Source: a virus. From it: 64,000 nt of DNA. A model generated the notes under the pieces. It worked only from the letters and a program-made list of their open reading frames with translations. It did not search any database and was not told the DNA's origin. The stretch lies in the IMG/VR virus record IMGVR_UViG_3300034071_001414, positions 34,518-98,517 of that record; one strand, given 5' to 3'. The stretch's first letter is position 1, and each line of letters starts with the position of its first letter. A program made the position numbers and the translations under genes. Below are positions 1 through 13,600 of this stretch, in pieces.

Positions 1-1611
1 CCAAAACTATCTTCTCTTACATTAAAAAAAGGACCTATTGCAACATCATTTGGATCTTTTGGTAATCAATCATTTATTTTTTCAATATTAGATGATATTA
101 CAGTCCCAGTTTTTAACGGAATTGCTTCATTTGACAACATAATAGTTTACGAAGGAATTCTTTTATCAAATAATTTTACGTATTCTTCAAGGAATCCGAA
201 TCAAAGATTTATTTTACCAAATTCTGGTGTAGACACAGATTTGATATCAGTAAATGTTAAGAATAATGAACAATCATCAATAGTTCAAAAATATACGTCT
301 CAAGATAGTCTTTTCGATATTGATAAAGAGTCTAGAGTTTATTTTTTACAAGAAATAGAAGATGAGAGATATGAAATTATTTTTGGTGATGGAGTGTTTG
401 GAAAAAAACTTGATGAGGGAAATTACATAACTATCAATTATATTACTTCAAACGGTGATAGTGCAAATGGAGTTTCTCAGTTCACTTTTTCTGGGAGATT
501 AACATATACAAGAAATTCTATAGAATATACTGTATCGACAGGAATTTCTCTAGTAACCACCATTTTATCATCTTCTGGTGGCGAAAATATAGAATCAGTA
601 GAATCAATAAAAAAATATGCACCTAGAATATATTCCTCTCAGAATAGAGCTGTCACGGTAAATGATTTTGAAACTCTAATACCTTCCAAAATTTACAAAG
701 AAACAGAATCCATATCAGTTTTTGGTGGAGAAGATTTAGTACCACCACAATATGGAAAGGTTTTTATAAGCATTAAACCAAGATTTGGAGATTTTATTCC
801 AAATTTAATAAAAGAGGATATTAAGTTAAAATTAAAAAAATATGCAATATCTGGTATAGTTCCAGAAATACTCGATCTTAAGTATCTTTATCTTGAGGTA
901 AACTCTAAAGTATACTATAACACAAACTTATCACCATCCTCAGAATATGTGTCAAGCATTGTTCAACAAAATGCATTGAAATATTCAGAGTCTACTGAGT
1001 TAAATCAATATGGAGCAAGATTTAAATATAGTAAATTTTTGAAAATAATAGATGATAGTCATGAATCAGTCACCTCAAATATAACAACACTTCAAATGAG
1101 AAGAGATTTGAGAGTAACTTTAAATACTTATGCAGAATATCAAATTGGATTTGGAAATGAATTTCATATAAAAAATACAAATGGTTATAACATTAAAACA
1201 TCTGGATTTAGAATTGATGGATCAACTCAGACAGTTTACATAGGAGATGTTCCTAATGCAGACGGAATAACGGGTTCTTTATTTTTGTTCACCCTAGATT
1301 CAATAAATTCAACTTCTCCAACAATTTTAAGAAGAAATATTGGAAATATTGATTATATAAAAGGTGTACTTACAATAAATCCGATTAATATTTTATCTGG
1401 AAAGGTAAAAGATGGTCAAACTATCATTGAAATATCTGCTATCCCAAAATCAAATGATGTTGTCGGAAAACAAGATCTTTATTTGCAACTAGATATTAAT
1501 AACAGTATTTTTGATATGGTTATTGATAACATTTCAACTGGATTAGACCCTTCAGCATCAAATTATATTGTATCATCAAGTTATAACAACGGAAATTTAG
1601 TAAGATCATAA
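1..1611 (+). CDS. gp6: Baseplate wedge subunit gp6 (5'-partial; frame open from base 1)
   Basis: Motifs YEIIFGDGVFGK, ESVESIKKYAPRIYSSQNRAVT and PPQYGKVFISIKP are typical of T4 gp6; lies upstream of gp7/gp8. Confidence 0.9.
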   Translation, partial: PKLSSLTLKKGPIATSFGSFGNQSFIFSILDDITVPVFNGIASFDNIIVYEGILLSNNFTYSSRNPNQRFILPNSGVDTDLISVNVKNNEQSSIVQKYTSQDSLFDIDKESRVYFLQEIEDERYEIIFGDGVFGKKLDEGNYITINYITSNGDSANGVSQFTFSGRLTYTRNSIEYTVSTGISLVTTILSSSGGENIESVESIKKYAPRIYSSQNRAVTVNDFETLIPSKIYKETESISVFGGEDLVPPQYGKVFISIKPRFGDFIPNLIKEDIKLKLKKYAISGIVPEILDLKYLYLEVNSKVYYNTNLSPSSEYVSSIVQQNALKYSESTELNQYGARFKYSKFLKIIDDSHESVTSNITTLQMRRDLRVTLNTYAEYQIGFGNEFHIKNTNGYNIKTSGFRIDGSTQTVYIGDVPNADGITGSLFLFTLDSINSTSPTILRRNIGNIDYIKGVLTINPINILSGKVKDGQTIIEISAIPKSNDVVGKQDLYLQLDINNSIFDMVIDNISTGLDPSASNYIVSSSYNNGNLVRS

Positions 1612-1615
1612 TAAA

Positions 1616-4600
1616 ATGACAGAAAAAAGAATTCAAATTAAAGACATTGTAAATAACCAACTTCCACAATATGTGAAGGAAGATTATCCTCTTGTTGCTG
1701 AATTTCTTAAACAGTACTATTTGTCTCAGGAATTTCCAGGTGGTCCTGCTGATTTAATACAAAATATTGATAGGTATGTAAAAGTAGATAGCACAACAGA
1801 ACTGGTAGATTTTGTTCTTTTACAATCTGATATTTCTAGTATAGATGAAAACATATCAGTAGATTTTTTAAATTTTGAGCAAAATCAAATTGATTTTCCA
1901 GATAATTACGGTTTAATATCAATAGATGATGAATTAATTTTATATGAAAATAAAACTACATTTGGATTTGAAAATTGTCACAGAGGATTTAGTGGCATAA
2001 TATCTCACAAAAATATAAACGTTGGAATAGCTTCTACTTATATTCTTCGTCCTTCCGATGAATTAATTTTTAAAAAATCAGACTCTTCTTCACATAAATC
2101 TGGTACAAAAATTTATAATTTAAGTTCTTTATTTTTAAAAGAATTTTTACTTAAATTAAAATATCAATTAACACCAGGATTTGAGGGTAGAAGTTTTGTC
2201 GAAAAAGCGAACGAAGCAACTATCATTAAACAAATAAAAGATTTTTATAAAAGTAAAGGTACAGATCAATCGTTTGAAATTTTATTTAGATCTTTATATG
2301 GCGAAGACGTAGAAGTATTACGCCCAAAAAATTTCCTTTTTAGACCATCAGACGCTCAGTATAAAATAACAAATGATTTTATTGTAGAAAAAATATCTGG
2401 TCCAATAGAAAAAATTAGAAATCTGACATTATTTCAGAATGAATATTTAAATATTACAAAAGCTTATGGTACAATAACTGAACCTCTTGAAGAGATAGTT
2501 ACAAGCGATGGTAAAATATTTTATAAGTTAAAAATTGATGGTGGATATAATAGGGATATTATATCTGATGGTGCCATTTATGGAGGTTTTTCCGTACATC
2601 CAAAAACTAGAGTTATTGGAGATTATAATACGCAATCTACTACAATAGATGTTGATTCCACTGTAGGGTTCCCAAATAAAGGTGAATTTTTAGTAAATTA
2701 TGAGGATGGTACACAGGGCGTAGTTTCATACAATTCCAAAAGTTTAACCCAGTTTATTGAATGCTCTGGCATTACAAAAAATATTTTAGATAATTCTATA
2801 ATTGGGGTTAACACTTACGCATATGCTAATACAGAAGATGGTGAAGAAATTAGAGTAAGAATTGTTTCTACTTTAAATGATTTGGATATTCCGGATGATA
2901 ATATTTTGTTTACTGAAGGTGATACTATAAAAATAAAAACACTTGGTTTTGAAGATGGTGATACAAGATTAAACGAGTGGTTATTTAACTTACCTATTGT
3001 TTATGATGTAGAGTCTTATGGTATAGTTGACAATTTTGATAATACTTATTCATTATCTTTAAAAGATACCCACAATTTAAAAGTTGGTGATGTATTGCAA
3101 ATTATTGATAATTTGGGTAATAGGAAGCAATCTACTATAATTGACGTAATTTCAAATAAAACAATTATTATTTCTGGACAGGGATTTTTGCCCGAAAGTT
3201 TATACAAAGTAAAGAGAAATATTTTAAAAGGAAATTCATCAAAATATTCATATATTGGAGAAATTTCAACAGATATTCAAAATGTTTATACAAACAAAAA
3301 TAATGATATATTAATATCTTCCCCATCTATTCCATATTATCCAAATGCCCAATTAAATTTAAATAATAGAACTATTTCTTTTTCTGGATCTTACAGTGCA
3401 GGATCTACAATATTTAAATTAACATCTACCATCGATCACGGATTTTATACGGGAGATTGCGTTTATTATACACCAGAAAAGGAAACAATTCAATCTAGAG
3501 ACATTGATGGAAATATAAACAATCTTGAAATAATATCAACTTCTTTATTTGATGAAGGAATTTATTTCATTAAAAGAATTGATAAAAACAATGTTAAATT
3601 ATCAAAAAGTAAATCTGATATTCTATATGAAAAGTATGTATCTCCGGAAGATGACGTTGTAATTAATAATAATAAGATAGAACCTATAGAATTTAGAGGT
3701 AAAGCGATAAAATCGCAAAAATTACTAAGAGAAATTTCTACACCAATTATATCAGAAAAATTAGAAAAAACATCTCCTGGATTTACTGGTATTTTAATCA
3801 ATGGCACAGAAATTTTAAATTATAAATCAAAGGACAAAATTATCTTTGGTCCTTTAGAACAAATTGATGTAGTTTCGGGTGGATCTGATTATGATGTAAT
3901 AAATCCACCTAGAGTAATAATTTCAGATTCGGTAGGGAGTGGAGCCACTGGACATTGTTCAGTTTCTGGTTCTTTAAAAGAAATTCGCATACTAGATCCT
4001 GGTTTTGACTATTTGGAAGATCCAATTGTACAAATTACCGGAGGTAATGGAATTGGTGCTATAGCCAAATGTAACACTAAATTGATTACACACAAATCCA
4101 CATTTAATTCAGAAAAAGGTTCTGGATTGGTTGGGATTGGCAGCACTATCTCTACTATTGGATTCTCTACTTATCATAAATTTAGAAATGGAGAAGAGGT
4201 AATATATAAAACCAACTCTCATATCTCAGTTGGTGGATTGTCTACAGATTCAAAGTATTACGTTTCTACAGTTTCTGCAACAAAAATAAAATTACACAAA
4301 ACACTAGGTGATTCTATTTCAGGAATAAACACAGTAACATTAACTGATTATGGAGTAGGAAATCACGATTTTGAATCTGTAAATCTGAAAAGAATCCTAT
4401 CATCTATAAATGTAGAAAATTCCGGAAGTGGATATCAAAATAAAAAAAGAACGGTTTCATATTCAGGTATTAATATTGCTTCAGATATAATAACAATAGA
4501 AAATCATGGTTTTCTTTCTAAAGAAATTGTAAAATATAGCACAATAGGGACTGTTATTGGTGGATTGGTAGAAGATAAAAATTATTATGTATTAAAAATA

Positions 4601-7600
4601 GATGATAATCAATTTAAACTCTGCGAAATTGGAACTGGTATCTATACCCAAGATTATTTTTATAATACAGGACAGTTTATAAATTTAACATCAAGAAATT
4701 CTGACATTCATGCATTCAATTATCCAGATATTGAAGTTGAAATAATTGGAACTGTTGGATTATCGTCATATTACAAAGCAAAAATTGATCCTATTTTTAG
4801 AGGAGAAATAACTTCATTTCATTTAGAATCAAAAGGTTCTTCGTATGGTGTTGAAGAAGTATTTAATATAGAAAGACAACCTTCACTCAGCATTTTATCT
4901 GGATCTGGGTCAGAATTTGATGTAATAGTTTCAAATGGACGTATACAAAAAGTTCTCATAAATTCTGTTGGTGAAAATTATACATGCTCTCCAGATTTAA
5001 TCGTAGTCGGAGATGGAAATGGTGCAGTATTAACTCCAGTAGTTTTAAATAATCAAATTGTTGACGTTAAAGTTATTGAACCAGGTGCCGGATATTCTTC
5101 TAATAATACGCAAATAATTGTTTCTCATCCAGGAAGTGGAGTTAAATTTACTTCCAAAATTAAAACTTGGACCGTAAATTTATTTGCAAAATATTTAAAT
5201 ATATTTGCAGAAGATGATGGATGTTTAAGTCCAGGACTAAATGAACAGTATGAAATTCAATATTGCCATATATACGCACCAAGAAAATTAAGACAAATCT
5301 TATATTCTAGAGATCAATCAGGAAAAATTTTATTTTCAAATCCAGATTTAAAATTTTCTAGAAACAAAGAAATAAAATCAACGGATCATTCTCCAATAAT
5401 TGGATGGTCTTACGATGGACATCCAATTTATGGACCATATGGATATTCCAAAAAATCTGGTGGAGGTGTTTCTCAAATAAAAAGTGGATATAATTTAATT
5501 ATTGAACAAAATAGACCATCTACAAATTATTTTCCACTTGGATTTTTTGTTGAAGATTACAAATATCAAAAATCAAACGACGAATCTATATTAGATGAAA
5601 ATAATGGAAGATTTTGTATAACTCCAGAATTTCCAAATGGAACTTATGCATATTTTGCAACATTTAATGAATCTTCAGTAGATTCTTCAGGACCATTTAA
5701 AGGATACTATAGACCAAAATTCCCATACTTAATAGGAAATTTTTTCAATTCAAAACCAAATGATTTTAATTTTAAGAAAAAATCTAATCAAGATGACATA
5801 GATCTTAATGAAACTGATTGGATTAGAAATACTTATGCTTATAATATAACAAAAACTAATTCTAGATATGAATATATAACTTTACCAAATAATTTAAATC
5901 AATCTATAGATGTTAGTGGAGTTTCTCCAGGTTCAATTGATAATATTGGAATATCTACTGGAGGAAATGATTATAAAGTAAATGATAAATTGATATTTAA
6001 TAATGTAGATTTTGAGGGCAATTCTAGAACTTTAGGAAGTTCTGCATCAGCAGTTGTTTCTGAATTGGTTGGAAAATCAATTTCTACAGTGAGCACCGCA
6101 AGTACTTATTTTTATGATGTTTCAATATATCCATCAAGTAATAAAGGAGAATATGTTTTATATAACAGTTCCCCACATAATATTACTGCTTATGATTTGA
6201 TTAAAATATCCGGATTAAATACAACTTCAAATATAATTAATGGAAATTATGTAGCTGGAGTTACAACAACCAGATTAGTTTTAGTTGGTTTGGGATCTAC
6301 AGCGGTAGGAATTCCATCTGCAAATATAACCGGAATAGTTACTTACATATCGGTTAGAGGAAATTTAGATTTTCCAAATATAAGAGAAAATGATATTTTT
6401 CAGATTGATAGCGAAAAAATAAAAATTCTAAACGTTGATAAAAAATCTTCAAGATTAAGAATTTTAAGGCAAATTGAGGGAACACTTGGATTGTCCCATA
6501 GTGTTACAACATTTTTATATGAAGACCCTAGAAAGTTATTTGTAAATATTTCTAAAGAAAATGATATAACAAATTACAGTTCATATTTAGAAAATAAGCA
6601 AATTTATTTCAATCCAAAAGAATCATTGGGAATAGGAACTAATATTAATGTTGGAATAGGGACAACAATTTATTTTTCTAATCCGGGGGCGGGGGAGACA
6701 CAGGTATTCATACCTCTTAGAACAATTTATTTACCAGATCATGGACTAAGCACCGGAGATTTATTGACTTATGAAGTTAACAATGGAAGCCCTATTGTCA
6801 TTTCTTCCACTGGAATAGGAACTACAACTTTATCAAATAATTCATCGGTATATGTTGCAAAAATAAACGAGAATTTGATAGGCATTTCCACAATACAAGT
6901 TGGTTTAGGAAGTACTGGATTTTTCTCTGGTATAACACCATCCACACAAAATATTGGATTGCTATTTTTTGCAGGAATAGGCACAGGAACCTATCATAGT
7001 TTCAAAACAAATTATCCAGAAGTTAAAGGTGATTTATCAAAACATGTTGTCACAGTTTCTACCGCACAAACTCATGGATTGATAACTGATGATATTGTTA
7101 ATGTAATGGTAAGTGTATCATCTACAACTATTGTCATAAAATATAATGATTCTAATAGAAGGATTATAGTAAATCCTAGAGATTTTATCGGGGCAAATAT
7201 AAGTACATCAAACAGTACGATTACTATTCCAAATCATGGGTATGTCAATGGTCAAAAAGTGATTTATACTTCAGATTCTCCTTCTGGAGGATTAGTCAAT
7301 AATCAAATCTATTATGTTGTTCCAATCAATAAAGATATTATTAAACTTTCAAATTCTTATTATGATTCTACTATAGAAAGACCCAATACTATTGATATTA
7401 CAAGTGCGTCAAACGGAATTATATCACCAATAAATCCACCAATAGATCTTTATAGAAACTCAACAGTAACATTTGATTTATCTGATTCATCTCTTTCATA
7501 TGTTAACGCTTTTAAAACATATCCATCCTTTAAATTTGAATTATATGTAGATGAACAATTTAGAAAAGTTTTTGATTCTGATCAAAGAGATAATAGTTTT

Positions 7601-10600
7601 AATGTGCAAAGAGTAGGAGTAGTTGGAACTCCTGGTGCTATTTTGACTTTAAAAATTAATGAATTTATACCAAATACTTTGTATTACGATTTAATTCCAT
7701 TAGATTCTAATGGTCTTTTCTTACCTGAAGTGCAGAAAGAAATTATAAAAGATAATATTGTAAATTCTTATAATCAACTTAGGATAAAAAATAGCATTTA
7801 TAATGGCACTTATAAAATAAGAGTTTCCAATCCAAACTCTTTCGAATATTTTCTTCCAACAATTCCAGAAGTCCAATCATATACATCTGAAATTTCTACC
7901 ACATCTACCTTATCATCATATTTGAAATATACTACAAAATCTTTAACTGCATCTGGTGCAATTTCTAACATAAGAGTAACAAATAAAGGTACTAATTATT
8001 ATTCTTTACCAGGAATAACTTCGGTAAGTTCTTTAAATGGTAGGGGGTGTATATTAAATGCAGAAAGTAATACAATAGGAAAAATTAAAAAAATAAAAAT
8101 AGTAGATGGTGGTTTTGATTTTACGTCAGATAAAACTTTAAGACCATATGCAGAATTTCCAAAAAATATAAAAATTGATAATTTATATTCCATTGATAAC
8201 ATTGGAATATCTTCTCAAGGAAGAGGATATACAACCACACCAAAACTTGTAGTTTTGGATGGGAAAACTAAAAAAGCAATACCATCCGATTTGAGTTATA
8301 AACTTGGAGATAGTAAAGTAACAATCAAAACCAATGCCAAAGGTTTAACTGACTCTATTCCAACGATAATTCCCACACAAAATTCAAATGGTATAGGAAT
8401 AACAGATATAACATATAATCCAACTACTAAAGAAGTAAAAGTTTATCTACCATTTTCTTTCAGTGATATTGGAAACTTTGACGCTAATACATACCCAATT
8501 AGAGTCAATGATAGAGTTTTAATTGAAAATATCAGCGTGGGTGTAAATTCTACATATAAAGGATTTAATTCTTCAAACTACGGGTATTCTTTATTCGCAA
8601 TAACAAATGTAGACTTGAACATAGGTGGTGTTAGTGCTGTAACTTATAGTTTAGATGGATACCTCTTAGATTCCGAATTGCCAGGTACATATGACCCAGT
8701 TAATTCTTCAGGAAGAGTAGTTCCAGAAAGAAATTTCCCCACGTTTGAAACAACAATTAAACAGGATGGATATAAAAAGGGAGAAACTGTAATATCTAAT
8801 GGCTCTTTTGGAGTTGTCGAAAATTGGGATGCTATTACCAAATATTTAAAAATATCATCAAAAAGTGACTTTGAAATTGGTAACATTGTAGAGGGATTAT
8901 CTTCAAAAACAGTAGGAACTGCATCATCAATAATTGATTTAAATTCTTATGCAAAAACTGATTTTTCGATCAAAGTACTAGGTGGGTGGGAGTCTAATGC
9001 CGGATTTTTAAATGACAATGCACAAAGAATTCAAGATAGTTTATACTATCAAAATTTTTCATATTCATTGAAATCAAGAGTTGACTATGATACTTGGAAT
9101 GATGCTGTCAGTGCTTTAAATCACACTGTTGGATTTAAAAAATACTCAGATTTCCAAATGGAGTCCAAATTAGACAATGACTTCAGTAATTTGTTTGTAG
9201 GTCTTTCTACAGATACAACTGCCACTAATGTTAAAGTAGAAATGACCAGTTATGGTGATTTAAATTGCGTTTCTGATTTTGATTTGGGAAAAGAAAATTA
9301 TTTGAATTTGAATTCAAGAATTGTAAGTAATAAAATATATTTTGATAATATACCTCTTACCGATTATTATGAGGCAAGAGGAAATAGAGTTTTACTAATA
9401 GATGATATTAGCTCTAATTTTAATAGTGGAGAAAGACCAGAAAAATATTCAGATGTTTACAAGTTTAATATTAACACAAATAGATCTCTAAAGTTTCTTT
9501 CATATATCAGAGATAAAAAATTTACTGGACAAAGACAGGTAATGTTGACATCTATGATTCATAATGATTCATATGGTGTCGTAAACCAATATGGAAGAAT
9601 TGAAACTGCATATGATTTGGGTTCTTTTGATTTTGTAGTCGATCAACCATTTGGAATTATTCGTTTTTATCCAACAAGATATACTATTAATAATTATGAC
9701 GTTGCTTTATTATCATATAATTTAGACGATGCTTTTACTGGAGTCGGAACAACAACAATTGGTTCAATTGCTAAAGTAGATACAAAAAATATATCTTCAT
9801 CCGCTTCTACAATAAATGTTGTTAGTTTGGCAACTACATACACCTCAGCTAAAATTTTAGTACAGATATACAGAGATAGTTTAAATTATCAATTTAATGA
9901 ATTAAATGTAGTTCATAATGGAACAAATATTGATTTTATTGAATATGGTGAATTGTCAACAAAAACAAGGACTGTAGAGTCATCTGGATATGGAACATAT
10001 TATCCATATATTTCTGGTGGAAATCTAAAAATAGATTTTATACCAAATGTTTCTGTTGGAAATACTTTTTATATAAACACTGCCAATGTCGCTCTTGGTG
10101 ATACAAATTCATCCGGAATTGGAACTATTGAATTAGAATATGGTGAAATAAGAGCAAATAGCGTTTCTATACCTAGTTCGCCAACACCATCTGCATCAGC
10201 AATTTTAAGTTTTACGGGAGAGCATGATTGTGCATATTGTTTAGTTCAAGTTTCCGATATTACAAATAATCGTTGTGCTTTTTCAGAGGTTATTTTGATA
10301 GTTGACGATGTAACTTCAGAACCTCTAATAACAGAATATGGTAATGTTAATACTTTTGCTGGTCTGGGTACAATTGGTGCATCAGTAACTGGAATTGGAT
10401 CGACAACTCAACTAGTATTTACTCCATTACCAAATATTCAAGTCCAGGTAAAAGTATATGCCAATTTACTTGGACTTGAAGGTAATGATATAAAATCATA
10501 CCAATTAAGTAACCTAAATATTAATTCTCAGTACGGATCTTACAGTGGTACTGAAGTTGACCAAGTAAGAACATTCAATTTAACACACAAAGGATATCCA

Positions 10601-13600
10601 CTTTTCGAAAGATATTTTTCAGGATCCGATTCTTCCGTTGTAGATTTATCAAGAAACACTATAAAAATTCCATCTCATTTTTATTCAACAGGGGAAAAAA
10701 TAACATATGATTCTAACTTTGGAAATCCGATAGGAATAGCAACAACAACTATTACGGGAATAGGTTCTACAGATATACTCCCAAGCACGTTATATGTTGT
10801 AAGTTTGAACAACAACAAAATTAGAGTTGCGGCTTCTGCTTCCGAAGCATTGAGACCAATCCCCAACGTATTAAACCTAACTTCACTTGGCAGTGGAACA
10901 CAACATAAATTTTTAGCTCAAAATAAAAATTCTAGAGTGGTAATTGCTATTGATAATATTATTCAATCACCAATAGTAGCAACCGGATTAACTGCAGCAT
11001 TGACATCTTCGGTATTTTTAACTGACGAAAGTATTGTATTAGATAATTCAACCTCTTTCTATGGTGGAGATTTGATAAAAATTGATGATGAGGTCATGCG
11101 AATCACTTCTATTCAAAAAAACAATGTAGTTAATGTTAGAAGATCATGGATGGGAACGGATATTGCAAATCATTCTGGTGGTTCGTTAGTCAACACGGTG
11201 GTTGGTTCTTATAATATTGTTGACAATAATCTTAGTTTTGCGGAATCACCTTACGGCAATGTTCCACAGACATATTCGACAAGTCCTCCCGATGAACAAG
11301 ATTGGGTTGGAATATCTACAGGTTCTAGTTTTTCTGGTAGATGTTTTATGAGGTCTGGAATACAAGGTTCCTCAAATGATACTTATTCTAAAAACTACAT
11401 TTTTGATGACATATCAACAGGATTTAATGGAATAACTTCTACTTTTACACTAAAATCTTCACAATCAAATATTACAGGAATTTCTGAAGAGGGAGCCTTG
11501 ATATTGATTAATGATATAGTTCAAGCAAGAGGTTTATCTGGTGATTTGGAAAATGTGAGAAAAGGTATAAATTTCATTCTTTCAGAATCAAGTGGAATAA
11601 CATCCACTACTTTCATTGGTTCAGCAACCTCAGTTTCGTATGATATAAATTCATCTGGATTGCCTAAGGGTGGAATCATAGTTTCTGTTGGGTCTACTGA
11701 AGGTCTTGGATATCAACCTTTAATTTCTGCCGGTGGTACTGCTATTGTTTCTTTAGCAGGAACAATCCAATCAATTTCTATAGGAAATACTGGTTCTGGA
11801 TATAGAGCAAGTGCTTATTATGATATTCCTACAAATATTTCATCAGTGGTTGGAGTAGGTTCAACTTCAATTTTTATTGAAAATAAAAATAGCGTTTTTG
11901 GATTGCTAAATCTACTTAACACCGGTTCAAATTGTTCTATTGGAGTTGGCACATTTATTTTAACAACAAATATAGTATCTATCGGTTCATCTTTTGTGAG
12001 AATTGGTATCGCAAGTACGAGTTCTAAGCAAATCCCAGTTGGAACTCCTGTAAATATTAAGATTTCAAATCCACAAATTGGAATAGTAAATGTTGGCATT
12101 TCTAGCACTTCTGCAGAAAATTCTACAGAAACTCATATTGGATTTACCACAATTATAAAAGGAAAAATCTCAGAATCTGTTACAATAACAAAAGTTGCTT
12201 CTGGATACACTTCAACAAATCCACCACAAGTTATAATTGACGATCCTTTATCATACTCGGATATTCCTTTAGTATACAGTTCATCCTCTATTTCTGGAGT
12301 GGGAACAGCAGCTACTATTGATATAGTTGTTGGTCAAGGATCTAGTGTTATTGATTTTGAGATAAAAAATACAGGTTATAATTATAGAGCAGGTCAAACA
12401 CTAACTGTTCCTATCGGAGGACTAACTGGTATTCCAACAACATCTTTATTCAAAGAGTTTCAAATATCAATTCAAGAAGTTTTTAACGATAAATTTACAG
12501 GATGGGCTTTTGGTGAATTACAAATACTTGATGACATTTCAAATTTATTTGATGGCGAAAGAGTTGCATTTCCACTCAAATATTTTGGTGAATTTGTTTC
12601 AATTAGATCTGCAAGAGGATCTAATATCAATCCACAGGAATTATTGCTGGTCTTTATAAACGATGTTTTACAGGAACCAGGAAAAGGTTATACTTTTAGG
12701 GGTGGTAGTAACATTTTCTTCACAGAACCACCAAAACCACCAGTTTTAGAAATTCCTAATACTGGAGATTCTTGCAAAATACTATTCTATAAAGGTACTG
12801 CGTCAGTTGACGTTGTTTATAAGAACATAATAGAAACTGTTAAACCAGGAGATGGACTAACACTCGGATTCGATTCAACATTAAACCAATCATATGGTCT
12901 TCAAGAAGATGAAAGAATTGTTGATGCAATTTTATCCTCAGATTCAGTATCTACAAATCCATATTATGGACCAGGAAACACTAAAGATGAAACATTAACA
13001 AGACCAATTACTTGGTGCAGACAAACTGAAGATAAAATTATTGATGAGCAAGAAGTTTCAAAAGATAGAATGTTATATGAACCAGTTATTAATCCATCAT
13101 CATACCTTATAAAATCTGTTGGGATAGGTTCCACCGTAGTTTTCGTTGACAATTTAAAGCCAATCTTTAATCAGGTTAATGAAAATAAATCACAAATTCC
13201 AGCATTCCAAGATGAATTTTTGAGTTTCCAAAAACAAATTACATTTATTCCACAAGAAACAAAAAGAAATGCATTTGCTACTGCTATTGTTTCTGTAGCA
13301 GGTACAATAAATTCTATAGCAATTTCTACAGGAGGATTTGGATATCTCTCGGTTCCCGATGTAGTCATTCAAAACCCAATTGGATTTGGAACTACGTATA
13401 GAGCAGAAGCAACTGCTTCTATTTCGTCCGGAATTGTAACATCAATAACAATAACGGGTCCTGGAACAGAATATTCACAAGATAACCCCCCTATTGTTTT
13501 AATTTCTCCACCATCATTTGAATCTGAAACTAATACTGTTATTCAGTATGAAGGAGATTTTGGAATTATTTCTGGTATTTCAACAACTTCTGTTGGAATT

